Assembly (NCBI GenBank): GCA_943353165.1
Contig: CALRAM010000003.1
Location: forward strand, 32,026-96,025
Direction: 5' to 3'
DNA length: 64,000 nucleotides
From: an uncultured Candidatus Saccharimonas sp.
GTDB taxonomy: Bacteria > Patescibacteriota > Saccharimonadia > Saccharimonadales > OMJO01
Part shown: positions 10,738 through 19,653 of the stretch, piece by piece
Layout of the letters: every line of letters starts with the position of its first letter
How positions within the stretch are numbered: position 1 is the stretch's first letter
Notes under the pieces: generated by a model
What the model saw: the letters and a program-made list of their open reading frames with translations, nothing else
Told to the model about the DNA's origin: nothing
The model's database searches: none
Program-made: the position numbers and the translations under genes

Positions 10738-10781
10738 CTATATTTATTATACCCTACAACTAATTAACAGATGTCTGAAAA

Positions 10782-11177
10782 TCATTTTTTGGGCTTAAAA
10801 TCCAGACATACAGAGTTGATACAATATCGCTTGCCTGTCTTGTCCTGTGGGCCATCGTCAAAAACATGGCCCAAGTGAGCACCGCATTTGGTACAAACAG
10901 CTTCAGTACGAACCATTCCTGCGCTGTTATCTGTTAGCAGTTTTACTGAAGCCTGTCGGTTACCAGATTTTGCTATGTCATAAAAACTGGGCCAGCCAGT
11001 ACCGCTATCAAACTTTGTGTCGGATCGAAATAATTCCTGCCCACAATTGGCACAATTGTAAGTCCCACCGTCTTTGTTGTGCAAAAATTTGCCTGTAAAA
11101 GGTGCTTCGGTGGCTTTGTCCAATAGTACAGACTTTTGTGCCTCGGTCAGATTTGGATTTATTTGTTTGGCACTCAT
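10782..11177 (-). CDS. msrB: peptide-methionine (R)-S-oxide reductase
   Basis: 131 aa. SelR motifs are present: YNCANCGQELF, GTGWPSF, CTKCGAHLGHVFDDGP, RYCINS. Confidence 0.92.
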   Translation of the reverse strand: MSAKQINPNLTEAQKSVLLDKATEAPFTGKFLHNKDGGTYNCANCGQELFRSDTKFDSGTGWPSFYDIAKSGNRQASVKLLTDNSAGMVRTEAVCTKCGAHLGHVFDDGPQDKTGKRYCINSVCLDFKPKK

Positions 11178-11190
11178 AAAAGCCTACTTA

Positions 11191-11565
11191 CTAATCCTTT
11201 TTCTTGTCTAGTTTGTCTAATTTCAGACTTTTTACCATAAAATAAACTACCGCCGCCATAATAATGAAACTCATGATGTCACCAAATAGTGCGCCATAGG
11301 CTAGCTTGTTCTGACAGACTCCGTCTACCGACTTTAGGCAAGTATAGTTACTAGTCAACGCTTTGCCGCTTCCCAGCATCTTGATCAGAGGGTTTATGAT
11401 GTTCGCTACCACCGAATCGGCGACACTTTTTATAGAAATACCCAGTATTAAACCGACGGCCACTCCTACCACGCCCTGTTCACGAACAAATCCTATAAAA
11501 CCTTGTAGCCATTTTGGAGCTTTTACGATTGGCAGCTCAGCATCTTTTTCGTTTTCTTTTGACAT
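11191..11565 (-). CDS. mscL: large-conductance mechanosensitive channel
   Basis: 124 aa. FIGFVREQGVVGVAVGLILG...VANIINPLI aligns with MscL TM1 and its loop, followed by a second TM and a basic tail. Confidence 0.88.
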   Translation of the reverse strand: MSKENEKDAELPIVKAPKWLQGFIGFVREQGVVGVAVGLILGISIKSVADSVVANIINPLIKMLGSGKALTSNYTCLKSVDGVCQNKLAYGALFGDIMSFIIMAAVVYFMVKSLKLDKLDKKKD

Positions 11566-11610
11566 CTCTTGGACCTCCTTGATATTACTGGATTATTATA
11601 CACTTTTCGA

Positions 11611-13305
11611 CTACATCTTTTCTGGGGCTGGTATCTTTAGCAACCCCAAGCCGTGCTTTAGCACATCAGCGTAAGCTCTGACCAACTGCAAGCGTACAGT
11701 CTGGCGCGCATCGCCTAAAACACGATTGTTTTCGTAGAATCTATTAAATATTTGAGCCGTTTCGTACAAGTATGTACATATATGATGTGGCATTAATTCC
11801 TCCACCGCCCTGTCTACCACGTCAGTATATTCAGTTATTTTTCTTAGCAAACTTCGCTCGCCAGCTTGAAGGCTGGGTTTTTGATTTTTGGACCCCAAAA
11901 CTGCGTCAGATTTTTTCAAAATACTACGTGCTCTAGCATGCGCATACTGCAAATACGGTCCGCTGTTGCCTTCCAATGCCACCGATTCGTCAATGTCAAA
12001 AACTATATCTCCTCCTAATCGTTGTTTTAGAAACGAATACTTTACTGCCCCTAGTGCACTGTCGGTATCTTCCTTTTTTTGCCTGACTGCAGTGGCTGCA
12101 CGAACGGCTTCTAGTATTTCTAGTGCTCGCAGTATGTTGCCCTTTCGGCTACTCATCTTTTGTCCACCAGTCAGTTTGACCATACCGTGCGTCAAATGGG
12201 TCGTGGCCTTGACCAGGTCGGGCGCGAACTGCTCGATAGCCTTTAACACAACTGCCATATACTGAGTTTGTTCATTACCAGTTATGACGATAGACCTGTC
12301 GAAATGATAATCCTGCCATTTTTTAAAAATCAGCCCGACGTCTTTGGCCTCATAGGTCGGCAAACCTTGGCTGTTTATAAAAACTCTGGTGTGTAGACCG
12401 TATTTTTTGGCGTCAAAAATAACCGCTCCATCTGATTGTTCGAAAACTTTGCCGATATTTTCTTTGACCTTAGATAGCCCGATATCTGAAGTTTCGCTCT
12501 CTGGATAGTATTTTTCGAACTTTATGCCTAGTTGCTCGTAGAATTCATCAAAATAATCATAACTCCACTGCCTGCAGGTCCAATAAATTTGCGCAAGCGC
12601 AGAATCCTTGTCGCCATCTGAACTAATCTGATAAATTTGCTTGTTCAGTTGTATGATTTTGGACTTTGCCTTGTCGTCATCTTCATAGGCAGCTGTGCCT
12701 TTAATGTAGTTAGAGGTCATCCATTCGGAGCGATCTTTTTTGGGTATTTCGTTTAGCTTTTCTGGATATTCCCCGCCTAGGGACTGCAACATTGACCACA
12801 TGGTTTTGCCAACATGCAAACCAACATCACCGCCAAAGTTTACCCGATGAACTATAGCTCCAGCTATCTCTAGCAAATTGGCGATAGCATCCCCAACTAT
12901 GCTGGTGTATAGATGTCCGGCGTGTAAAATCTTGAAAGGGTTTGGATTTGAATACTCCACGACTGCGGTTTGACCAAAAAATGGGGCAGCTACTTTTTGG
13001 TGACTAGACTGCCATAGTGCTTCATCGCTCAGTACAATATTCAAAAATCCTGGACCAGCTACGTTGGCAGAGGCCACCTGCCCACTCATAACTACAGTTA
13101 GTTTGCTGGCTATCTGTTTGGCTATTTCGGCAGGCCCACCAGCGGGTGGACTTTTTAACTGTTTGGCCAATTGGAGCGCTACATTGGTAGCATAATCACC
13201 AAACTGTTCATCAGGACGAGTCAGGGTGACCTCGACGTCCAGCTTGAACAATTCTTTGCATATACCTGCAATGGCTAACTCAATCTCTGTCTTCATAGTA
13301 TTCAT
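11611..13305 (-). CDS. argS: arginine--tRNA ligase
   Basis: 564 aa. It has the class I HIGH-type motif (ILHAGHLYTSIVGD), the MSSRKG motif and a DALR-type C-terminal anticodon-binding region. Confidence 0.92.
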   Translation of the reverse strand: MNTMKTEIELAIAGICKELFKLDVEVTLTRPDEQFGDYATNVALQLAKQLKSPPAGGPAEIAKQIASKLTVVMSGQVASANVAGPGFLNIVLSDEALWQSSHQKVAAPFFGQTAVVEYSNPNPFKILHAGHLYTSIVGDAIANLLEIAGAIVHRVNFGGDVGLHVGKTMWSMLQSLGGEYPEKLNEIPKKDRSEWMTSNYIKGTAAYEDDDKAKSKIIQLNKQIYQISSDGDKDSALAQIYWTCRQWSYDYFDEFYEQLGIKFEKYYPESETSDIGLSKVKENIGKVFEQSDGAVIFDAKKYGLHTRVFINSQGLPTYEAKDVGLIFKKWQDYHFDRSIVITGNEQTQYMAVVLKAIEQFAPDLVKATTHLTHGMVKLTGGQKMSSRKGNILRALEILEAVRAATAVRQKKEDTDSALGAVKYSFLKQRLGGDIVFDIDESVALEGNSGPYLQYAHARARSILKKSDAVLGSKNQKPSLQAGERSLLRKITEYTDVVDRAVEELMPHHICTYLYETAQIFNRFYENNRVLGDARQTVRLQLVRAYADVLKHGLGLLKIPAPEKM

Positions 13306-13441
13306 TATAGAACACGCTACGATAAAATTGCCAAACTACTGCATATATACTGCCTATAAGCATCAAGTTCCACGCCAAAAAGACATACAACCATGATTGG
13401 CTGGCTATAATTTTAGCAAAAGTCCTATATAATGTAGATAA

Positions 13442-14059
13442 ATGAACATACTCGATGCGCTACGAAAAATGACCCGAAAGTTTATGCACGGGGTTGCGGT
13501 AGTGCTAGACAAAATATCAGGGGGCAGGATTTCGCCTAACAATATAACAATCGTTGGCTTGTTGGCGCACTTGCCTATCGCATATTTCATAGCTGTTAGC
13601 AACAATCTGTATGCAGCCGGGTTGTTAGTAGTTTTTGGTCTGTTCGATACTCTGGACGGCGAGCTAGCCAGACTCCAAAAAAGAGCCAGCCCAGCAGGCA
13701 TGCTGTTGGATGCTAGCACTGATCGTATGAAGGAAGTTATGCTCTATACAGGGGTGGCTTATGCTATAACCCTTACCGACAAACCCACGATGGCCGTGTG
13801 GGCAGTCATAGCTTGCGGAGCCAGCCTGACTGTCAGCTATGTAAAGGCGAAAGGCGAAACCGCCATCGCCAAAAGCCAACTAACTACAACCGAAATAAAC
13901 CTATTGTTTGCCGATGGCCTGATGCGTTTCGAGGTCAGAATGGGCGTTTTGCTTATTGGGTTGCTTAGCAGTCAAGTTGTTTTAGCGGTAGTAATAATCG
14001 CCATCTTTTCGTCTATCACGGCCGTAAGCAGATTGATAAAAATCAGCCAAAAAATTTAG
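13442..14059 (+). CDS. CDP-alcohol phosphatidyltransferase family protein
   Basis: 205 aa polytopic protein. It carries the signature D-x2-DG-x2-AR...G-x3-D-x3-D (FDTLDGELARLQKRASPAGMLLDASTDR). Confidence 0.85.
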   Translation: MNILDALRKMTRKFMHGVAVVLDKISGGRISPNNITIVGLLAHLPIAYFIAVSNNLYAAGLLVVFGLFDTLDGELARLQKRASPAGMLLDASTDRMKEVMLYTGVAYAITLTDKPTMAVWAVIACGASLTVSYVKAKGETAIAKSQLTTTEINLLFADGLMRFEVRMGVLLIGLLSSQVVLAVVIIAIFSSITAVSRLIKISQKI

Positions 14060-14710
14060 ATGTTCAAAATAGACCTACACACCCACTCCACAGCTTCTCC
14101 TGATGGCGGAATTAGCGCCACCCAGTATAGTAAAGCCCTAGAAACCGGTCTGCTGGACGCTATAGCCATAACCGACCACAACAGTATTGAGTTCGCTGTT
14201 CATATGCAAAGTATTCTGGGCAAAAATATTATAGTTGGCGAAGAGATTATGACTACGCAAGGCGAAATTATAGGTCTGTACCTAACTGATTTGGTGCCGG
14301 CAGGTCTATCGCCTGCGGTGGCAGTAAAGCATATAAAAGATCAGGGAGGAATAGTCTATATACCCCATCCATTCGAAACCGTCAGAAGTGGTTTGCCTGC
14401 TGGTGTACTAGAAGAAATAATCGACCAAATAGATCTTTTTGAGGTATATAACGGCAGGGCTTTTGTCCAAAATCGTAGCGCCAATTCCGTAATCTGGGCA
14501 AAACTAAACCACAAAATCATCGTAGCCAGCAGTGATGCTCACGGCTACAGAGGCCTGGGAGGGACATACACCAGTATTGCCAGCTTTCCAACCAGAGAAA
14601 CCCTAACAAATCTGATGGACAAAGGTATACCCAGAATATCCCGGCCTACAATGCGTGGTCTGCTCTACCCAAAATATCATCGTTTACGTAAAAAGCTGGG
14701 CACTAAATGA
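14060..14710 (+). CDS. PHP-domain metal-dependent phosphoesterase
   Basis: 216 aa. Motifs IDLHTHSTASPDG, ITDHNSI and SSDAHG are present. Its start directly abuts the stop of the upstream gene. Confidence 0.8.
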   Translation: MFKIDLHTHSTASPDGGISATQYSKALETGLLDAIAITDHNSIEFAVHMQSILGKNIIVGEEIMTTQGEIIGLYLTDLVPAGLSPAVAVKHIKDQGGIVYIPHPFETVRSGLPAGVLEEIIDQIDLFEVYNGRAFVQNRSANSVIWAKLNHKIIVASSDAHGYRGLGGTYTSIASFPTRETLTNLMDKGIPRISRPTMRGLLYPKYHRLRKKLGTK

Positions 14711-15258
14711 ACCTGCCATTATTTTCTGATGTCTTGATTTTGCAAGCGTTTTGGGTATTTTTGCCTGCTGGTGTAGCAAATATGGCTCCCCCTCTGGCAA
14801 ACAAAATACCCCTATTGAACAAATGGAAAACACCTCTAGACCTTGGAAAATCATACAACGGAGTTCGAATTTTTGGCGACAACAAAACTTGGCGTGGCCT
14901 AGTCTTTGGGATGGTTCTGGCGGCCGTAACCCTTTTAGTAGAAATGTCGCTAGTTGCTTCTCCTGCTACTGGCTACACTGCAACGTTCAGCCTATTAGCA
15001 GGCGCGCTTTTGGGTTTTGGGGCATTGTTGGGCGATGCCGTGGAAAGCTTTTTCAAACGCAGGGGTGGAGTAAAGCCAGGCCATAGCTGGTTCCCTTTCG
15101 ACCAAACGGATTATATTGTTGGCGGACTGGTGGTTATGTTACTTATGGGGGGGTTGACCTTTAATATCGTTGGTTTGATTTTTGTTATCTATTTTGGTTT
15201 GCATTTGGTGGTCAGTTATCTGGGATTTTTGTTGGGTTTCAAGAACAAACCTATTTAG
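14707..15258 (+). CDS. CDP-archaeol synthase (CarS/DUF46)-like CDP-alcohol/CDP-diglyceride synthase family protein
   Basis: 183 aa polytopic protein. FLPAGVANMAPPLA...PLDLG...RIFGDNKTWRGL...GDAVESFFKRR...DQTD matches my memory of the CarS family. Its ATGA overlaps the PHP gene stop. Confidence 0.7.
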   Translation: MNLPLFSDVLILQAFWVFLPAGVANMAPPLANKIPLLNKWKTPLDLGKSYNGVRIFGDNKTWRGLVFGMVLAAVTLLVEMSLVASPATGYTATFSLLAGALLGFGALLGDAVESFFKRRGGVKPGHSWFPFDQTDYIVGGLVVMLLMGGLTFNIVGLIFVIYFGLHLVVSYLGFLLGFKNKPI

Positions 15259-15261
15259 CCA

Positions 15262-16290
15262 CTATCCTAGGGCGCTTTTGAACTTTTCTACCAAATCAAC
15301 TGGCGTGGGATCGGTATTGTTGAGCAAGGCCAGATAAATGCTGGTAAAATCTCCCAGCATTGAAGCCCATAACATTTGTTGTAGTATGTTTTCGCCCTGC
15401 GCGTTTACAACTTCTGGAGCAGGTCTTTTGCCAGATAGCATTCTCTCTGTGACTTCAAATCGCTTTTGGATTCTAGTGTGTTCTAGGTTACTCCGTAAAT
15501 CTACGATGCAGTACGGCTTGTCCACGGGCTGACCGCTCCAACCTATGAACTCATTGTGCGATGACTCTGGTAGCTGGTTCCACCAAGCAACTTGCTTGGC
15601 ATTTTCGTTTATACAAATCTTCCACTTTCTGGCTACTGGCGCCAACAATGGGCCAGCGTAAATGACTGGACTCTTGCCTATCATTTCTTGGGCTAGTTTT
15701 TTGGCTTCGTTGCTAGCAGTTTGAACTGTTGGCGACCAACCGTCTGTCTGTTTTTTTAACCATTCGCCGCAGCCTTGTAACTGAGCTACACTTTGCTGAG
15801 GACAAAGATTTAGCGACTCTAGCATCTGTATCATAGCTGCTAGAAAATAAAATGTAGACATTCTGGGCTGAACGCCAGCTGGAATGGCAAACAAGGGCAG
15901 GCCTCTTTGTTTGGCGATTTCCATAAGTTTTCCGCCGGCAGTTACGACTACAATCGTGGCTTCGGTTGCTGTGGCTTTTTCCAGGCAAGACAATACTTCC
16001 TCTGTGTTTCCAGAATAGCTGGACGCGATAAACAGCGTTTCTCCGTTTACATAGTTTGGTATGGAGTAGTCCCCTACTATTTCCATAGGTGCAGATACCG
16101 TCGGCCAAGTCTTTAGATAGTACATAGGCCATGCCGAACCGCCCATGCCTGCCACTACTATATTTTTGATTGGCTTGACTGGCTGAACTATGGCGTCGTA
16201 TTTTTGCTGTAATTGTTGCCATTGTTTCCCAGCAACACCTAGCGCGTCGCTAGTGTCGCGCTCGTGTATATATTTCAAATCGTCAAGCAT
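15262..16290 (-). CDS. bifunctional phosphoglucose/phosphomannose isomerase (SIS domain)
   Basis: 342 aa. SIS motifs VVAGMGGSA and ASSYSGNTEE are present, and the size and layout are typical of the PGI/PMI family. Confidence 0.78.
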   Translation of the reverse strand: MLDDLKYIHERDTSDALGVAGKQWQQLQQKYDAIVQPVKPIKNIVVAGMGGSAWPMYYLKTWPTVSAPMEIVGDYSIPNYVNGETLFIASSYSGNTEEVLSCLEKATATEATIVVVTAGGKLMEIAKQRGLPLFAIPAGVQPRMSTFYFLAAMIQMLESLNLCPQQSVAQLQGCGEWLKKQTDGWSPTVQTASNEAKKLAQEMIGKSPVIYAGPLLAPVARKWKICINENAKQVAWWNQLPESSHNEFIGWSGQPVDKPYCIVDLRSNLEHTRIQKRFEVTERMLSGKRPAPEVVNAQGENILQQMLWASMLGDFTSIYLALLNNTDPTPVDLVEKFKSALG

Positions 16291-16358
16291 AACTTATCTC
16301 CTCCTTTAATGTTTATGTTTTATGCTGTATATTATATATTATAAATGTATATAAGGGG

Positions 16359-16916
16359 GTGGATATGTTTGGGCAAGACGACAATAACGATAATTCAAAT
16401 ACTGGCACAGCGCCATCAGTACCTCTGCTGCCGGCTGAACCGACACCAGATGCTACACTAGACAACACGAATAGCTCTGGCCCATCCTCGTCGCCTAGTT
16501 TTGTGCACTTTAACCCAACTCCGGCAACACCTTCAGATGACACCAGCTATAATAACGCACCAACTCCGGCAACACCATCAGACGACACCAGCACTACTAA
16601 CGCACCAACTCCGGCAACACCATCAGACGACACCAGCACTACTAACGCACCAACAAACAGTGACCTGATGGACATCAAACAAAAAGCCCTGGAACATCTG
16701 ACACCCCTAGTCGATCACCTAGACCAAACACCAGAGGAAAAATTTCGAACCACTATGATGATGATCCAAGCCTCAGATGACGAGAAACTGATAGGATCGG
16801 CCTTTGAATCCGCCAAAGAAATAAAAGACGACAAAGAACGCGCCCAGGCCCTTTTGGACGTCATAAACGAGATAAACTACTTTTCCCAGGGACCCGAAAA
16901 TAATCCGAAGAGTTAG
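16359..16916 (+). CDS. hypothetical acidic protein with PTPATPSDDTS tandem repeats
   Basis: 185 aa. The N-terminal half is low-complexity with three 15-aa repeats, and the C-terminal half is a helical acidic domain. Confidence 0.6.
   Translation: MDMFGQDDNNDNSNTGTAPSVPLLPAEPTPDATLDNTNSSGPSSSPSFVHFNPTPATPSDDTSYNNAPTPATPSDDTSTTNAPTPATPSDDTSTTNAPTNSDLMDIKQKALEHLTPLVDHLDQTPEEKFRTTMMMIQASDDEKLIGSAFESAKEIKDDKERAQALLDVINEINYFSQGPENNPKS
16515..16655. repeat. 45-bp in-frame tandem repeat, about 3 copies
   Basis: Units begin with ccaactccggcaacacc at 16515, 16560 and 16605. Copies 2 and 3 are identical, and copy 1 is diverged. Confidence 0.85.
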
Positions 16917-16932
16917 CCAACAGCATCTGTCC

Positions 16933-17463
16933 CTAAGATATAATTTTTCGTCTGATTAAAATATTGTGCCCAGCAGCAGCAAACAAACTGACTAGCACAA
17001 AAACTTTTATGGTATTTACCGGCCCAGTATTTACTAGGGCTGTTGGTTTAGCTGCGGCAGAAACTGTTACGGCACCGTCGTCTACTACCCCATCGTCGCT
17101 AGAGACATCCTCTACTATGACATCTGGATTTTGCGTGGCTGTGATGGGGTTGCCCGCCGCTTGCTCCGGCTGAGTGCTTTTAGTAGATTTGGTTACAGTA
17201 CTATTTTCATTATTTGGAGGTGTATTTTTGATAGCAACATTTGGGCTGTCGTTTGGCTTGAATGTTGCCTTGTAAACCCACTTGCCTCCAAAAAATACGC
17301 CAACAGACAATACCAAAGTTGCAACCAAGGTAGCAAATGCCAATAACCACGCCAAACCTACGCGCTCTTTTTTTTCGGCACTAATATATTCCTGCATTTC
17401 GGCAGGTAGCGTGGATGAAGCTGATTTTTTCTTTATTGGCCACATAATTTTCTCGTAGCCCAC
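16933..17463 (-). CDS. hypothetical membrane/surface protein with LPXTG-like (LVNTG) C-terminal sorting signal
   Basis: 176 aa. It has an N-terminal TM (VGLAWLLAFATLVATLVLSVGVFFGG). The C-terminus has LVNTG, a hydrophobic stretch and the basic tail RRKIIS. Confidence 0.6.
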   Translation of the reverse strand: MGYEKIMWPIKKKSASSTLPAEMQEYISAEKKERVGLAWLLAFATLVATLVLSVGVFFGGKWVYKATFKPNDSPNVAIKNTPPNNENSTVTKSTKSTQPEQAAGNPITATQNPDVIVEDVSSDDGVVDDGAVTVSAAAKPTALVNTGPVNTIKVFVLVSLFAAAGHNILIRRKIIS

Positions 17464-17586
17464 CTACTATATTATTAATATAGTCTAGAACAAGACTTTA
17501 CGCAATCATTCAGCAACTAGAGTTTTTCAGCTTTGTGTGCGAGTTGCGCTGGTGTTTTGTCTGGAAAATTTATAGGTTTTAGGATT

Positions 17587-19239
17587 CTAGTAACCCATAC
17601 CCATTCCACCGCCCATGCCAGACATATCTGGTGCTGAGCTAGATTTTTGCTCTGGTACTTCAACAATCAATGCACCCATTGTCATAGCAGTTCCGGCTAT
17701 AGACACAGCATTTTGAATGGCTTCTTTGGTGACTCTGGTCGGATCAACCACACCGTTAGATTTTAAATCTACTAGTTTGAGAGGACTATTAACATTTACT
17801 CCCTGCCCGATTTTTGCGGCTTTTACTTGTGGTAACCATTCATCGGCATTTAGCCCAGCGTTTGCCAGCAAAATACGAAACGGTTGTTCCAGAGCGTTTT
17901 TCAATATTTGCGAGCCGGCCCCCACTGCATCGGTACTATCTATTTTTATGGCAGAAATTAGATTGATCAATGTTACTCCACCGCCGGCCACTATGCCCTC
18001 GTCTAGTGCCGATTTTACTGCGGCTACAGCATCATCTACTCTAAATTTCTTTTCTTCTATCTCTGTTTCTGTAGCCCCGCCAACTTTTATGACGGCTACC
18101 TTTCCTTGCAAAGCTGCTCGCCTTTTTTCTAGATTTTCTTTGTCGTATTCGCTAGTGGCAGCCTCGGCCTGTGTCGTAATTTGTTTTATACGAGCAGCAA
18201 CTTTGGTTGTTTTGCCGGCTCCTTCTATGATTGTGGTTTCGTCTTTTGTGACTATTATCTTTCTGGCGGAGCCTATCATATTTATGTCTACATCTTCAAA
18301 ATTGTGCCCTGCTTGTTCGCTGATGAGTGTAGCGCCTGTCAATATAGCGATGTCTTCTAGTATATCTTTTCGACGGTCGCCAAACGCCGGGGCTTTTACG
18401 GCTATAGTATTGAATACTCCTTTTAATCTATTCAGTATCAGCGTACCCAGTGCTTCGCCTTCAACTTCTTCGGCTATCAAGACCAAATCTTTTATACCAG
18501 CCTGAGCCAGTTTTTCTAGGACTGGTAAAAACTCTTGGATAGAAGTAATCTTTTTGTCAGTTACAACTACTGCAGGCTTGTTATAGACTGCTTCCATTCT
18601 AGAGGTGTCGGTAACCATATATGGACTGACAAACCCACGGTCAAAGGTAAAGCCCTCTACGACTTCGCTCTCTAGGTTCAGACCCTGCCCTTCCTCTACT
18701 GTAACCACGCCTTCTTTGCCGACTTTTCCTATGACGCTAGCAATCAAATCACCAATCTCTGCGTCGCCAGCAGATATAGTAGCTACTTCGGCTACCCTTT
18801 TTTTGTTGCTCTTTATGTCCTCGCTCATTCCTGTCAGTTTCTTTATGACATCGGCTGAAGCGGCTTCCAAGCCTTTTCGTAGCTGCATCGGGTTGTGTCC
18901 GGCAGCTATCAGTTTGTTGGCTTCGTTCAAAATATGATAAGTCAAAACTGTGACGGTGGTTGTGCCGTCTCCAGCGACATCGTTCATCTTTGTGGCTGCT
19001 TGTTTTATCAGATCGGCACCTACTTTGTAGCCCAGGGTTTCGTCGTCTATGTCGGCTATATCCAAACCTTTTGCTACTGTAACGCCGTCATGAGTTACAG
19101 TTGGATTCCCGTAGCTCTTGCTGATGACAACGTTGCGCCCTTTTGGGCCCATAGTTGTTTTTACTGCATCATATAATATCTGAGCCCCACCTAGCACACG
19201 TCTACGAGCATCATCGTCATAAAAAACTTTTTTGGACAT
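17587..19239 (-). CDS. groL: chaperonin GroEL
   Basis: 550 aa. It is full-length GroEL-like (AGDGTTTVTVL, the GGG M-rich tail MGGGMGMGY). Confidence 0.97.
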   Translation of the reverse strand: MSKKVFYDDDARRRVLGGAQILYDAVKTTMGPKGRNVVISKSYGNPTVTHDGVTVAKGLDIADIDDETLGYKVGADLIKQAATKMNDVAGDGTTTVTVLTYHILNEANKLIAAGHNPMQLRKGLEAASADVIKKLTGMSEDIKSNKKRVAEVATISAGDAEIGDLIASVIGKVGKEGVVTVEEGQGLNLESEVVEGFTFDRGFVSPYMVTDTSRMEAVYNKPAVVVTDKKITSIQEFLPVLEKLAQAGIKDLVLIAEEVEGEALGTLILNRLKGVFNTIAVKAPAFGDRRKDILEDIAILTGATLISEQAGHNFEDVDINMIGSARKIIVTKDETTIIEGAGKTTKVAARIKQITTQAEAATSEYDKENLEKRRAALQGKVAVIKVGGATETEIEEKKFRVDDAVAAVKSALDEGIVAGGGVTLINLISAIKIDSTDAVGAGSQILKNALEQPFRILLANAGLNADEWLPQVKAAKIGQGVNVNSPLKLVDLKSNGVVDPTRVTKEAIQNAVSIAGTAMTMGALIVEVPEQKSSSAPDMSGMGGGMGMGY

Positions 19240-19255
19240 ATAGTTATCTCCTCTG

Positions 19256-19540
19256 TTACTTTATCGTCGCAACGATATTTTTATAATAAATAATCACGTA
19301 TTCTTCGTTGCCCTGTTTTAGGTCTGTGGCTTCGTAGGTATTTTTATATATAATTTTGTCACCTACTTTGACGCCCTCTACATTTTTGCCAACTGCAACT
19401 ACTTTGGCCTCTTTTGGTTTTTCTTTTGCGGTGTCTGGCAGATAAAAACCGCTGGCTGTTTTTGCCTGTGCAGCTTGGTGCTGAGCAACTATGTAATCCG
19501 CTTGTGGTTCAATATTTATAGCCACTTCAACCTCCGTCAT
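19256..19540 (-). CDS. groS: co-chaperonin GroES
   Basis: 94 aa, immediately upstream of groEL. The mobile-loop and beta-barrel pattern is present (VVAVGKN..VKVGDKIIY). Confidence 0.93.
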   Translation of the reverse strand: MTEVEVAINIEPQADYIVAQHQAAQAKTASGFYLPDTAKEKPKEAKVVAVGKNVEGVKVGDKIIYKNTYEATDLKQGNEEYVIIYYKNIVATIK

Positions 19541-19584
19541 TTATTTATAAAGGGTTCAGTTTTCTCGCAAATAAACTTAACCCG

Positions 19585-19622
19585 CTGGCACTCACTATAC
19601 CCGACTGCCAAAACCTCGTCAA
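19585..19622 (-). promoter_or_regulatory. groES promoter (TTGACG-17-TATAGT) overlapping a CIRCE-like inverted repeat
   Basis: The minus strand reads TTGACGaggtTTTGGCAGTCgggtatagtGAGTGCCAG. The element TTGGCAGTC-N9-GAGTGCCAG resembles the CIRCE consensus TTAGCACTC-N9-GAGTGCTAA, with 2 mismatches in each half. Confidence 0.5.
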
Positions 19623-19653
19623 CCTTCTGTTGTGTGTTTTGGTATTTTTGTTT

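Noticed and set aside
17717-19176. ORFs of 262, 110 and 93 aa lie antisense inside groEL. Similar shadow ORFs occur inside the P-type ATPase, rpoD, dnaG, argS, PGI/PMI, valS, virB4 and dnaA.
   Set aside because: They overlap strongly conserved genes on the opposite strand or in another frame. They have low-complexity Ser/Ala/Pro-rich composition typical of shadow frames.
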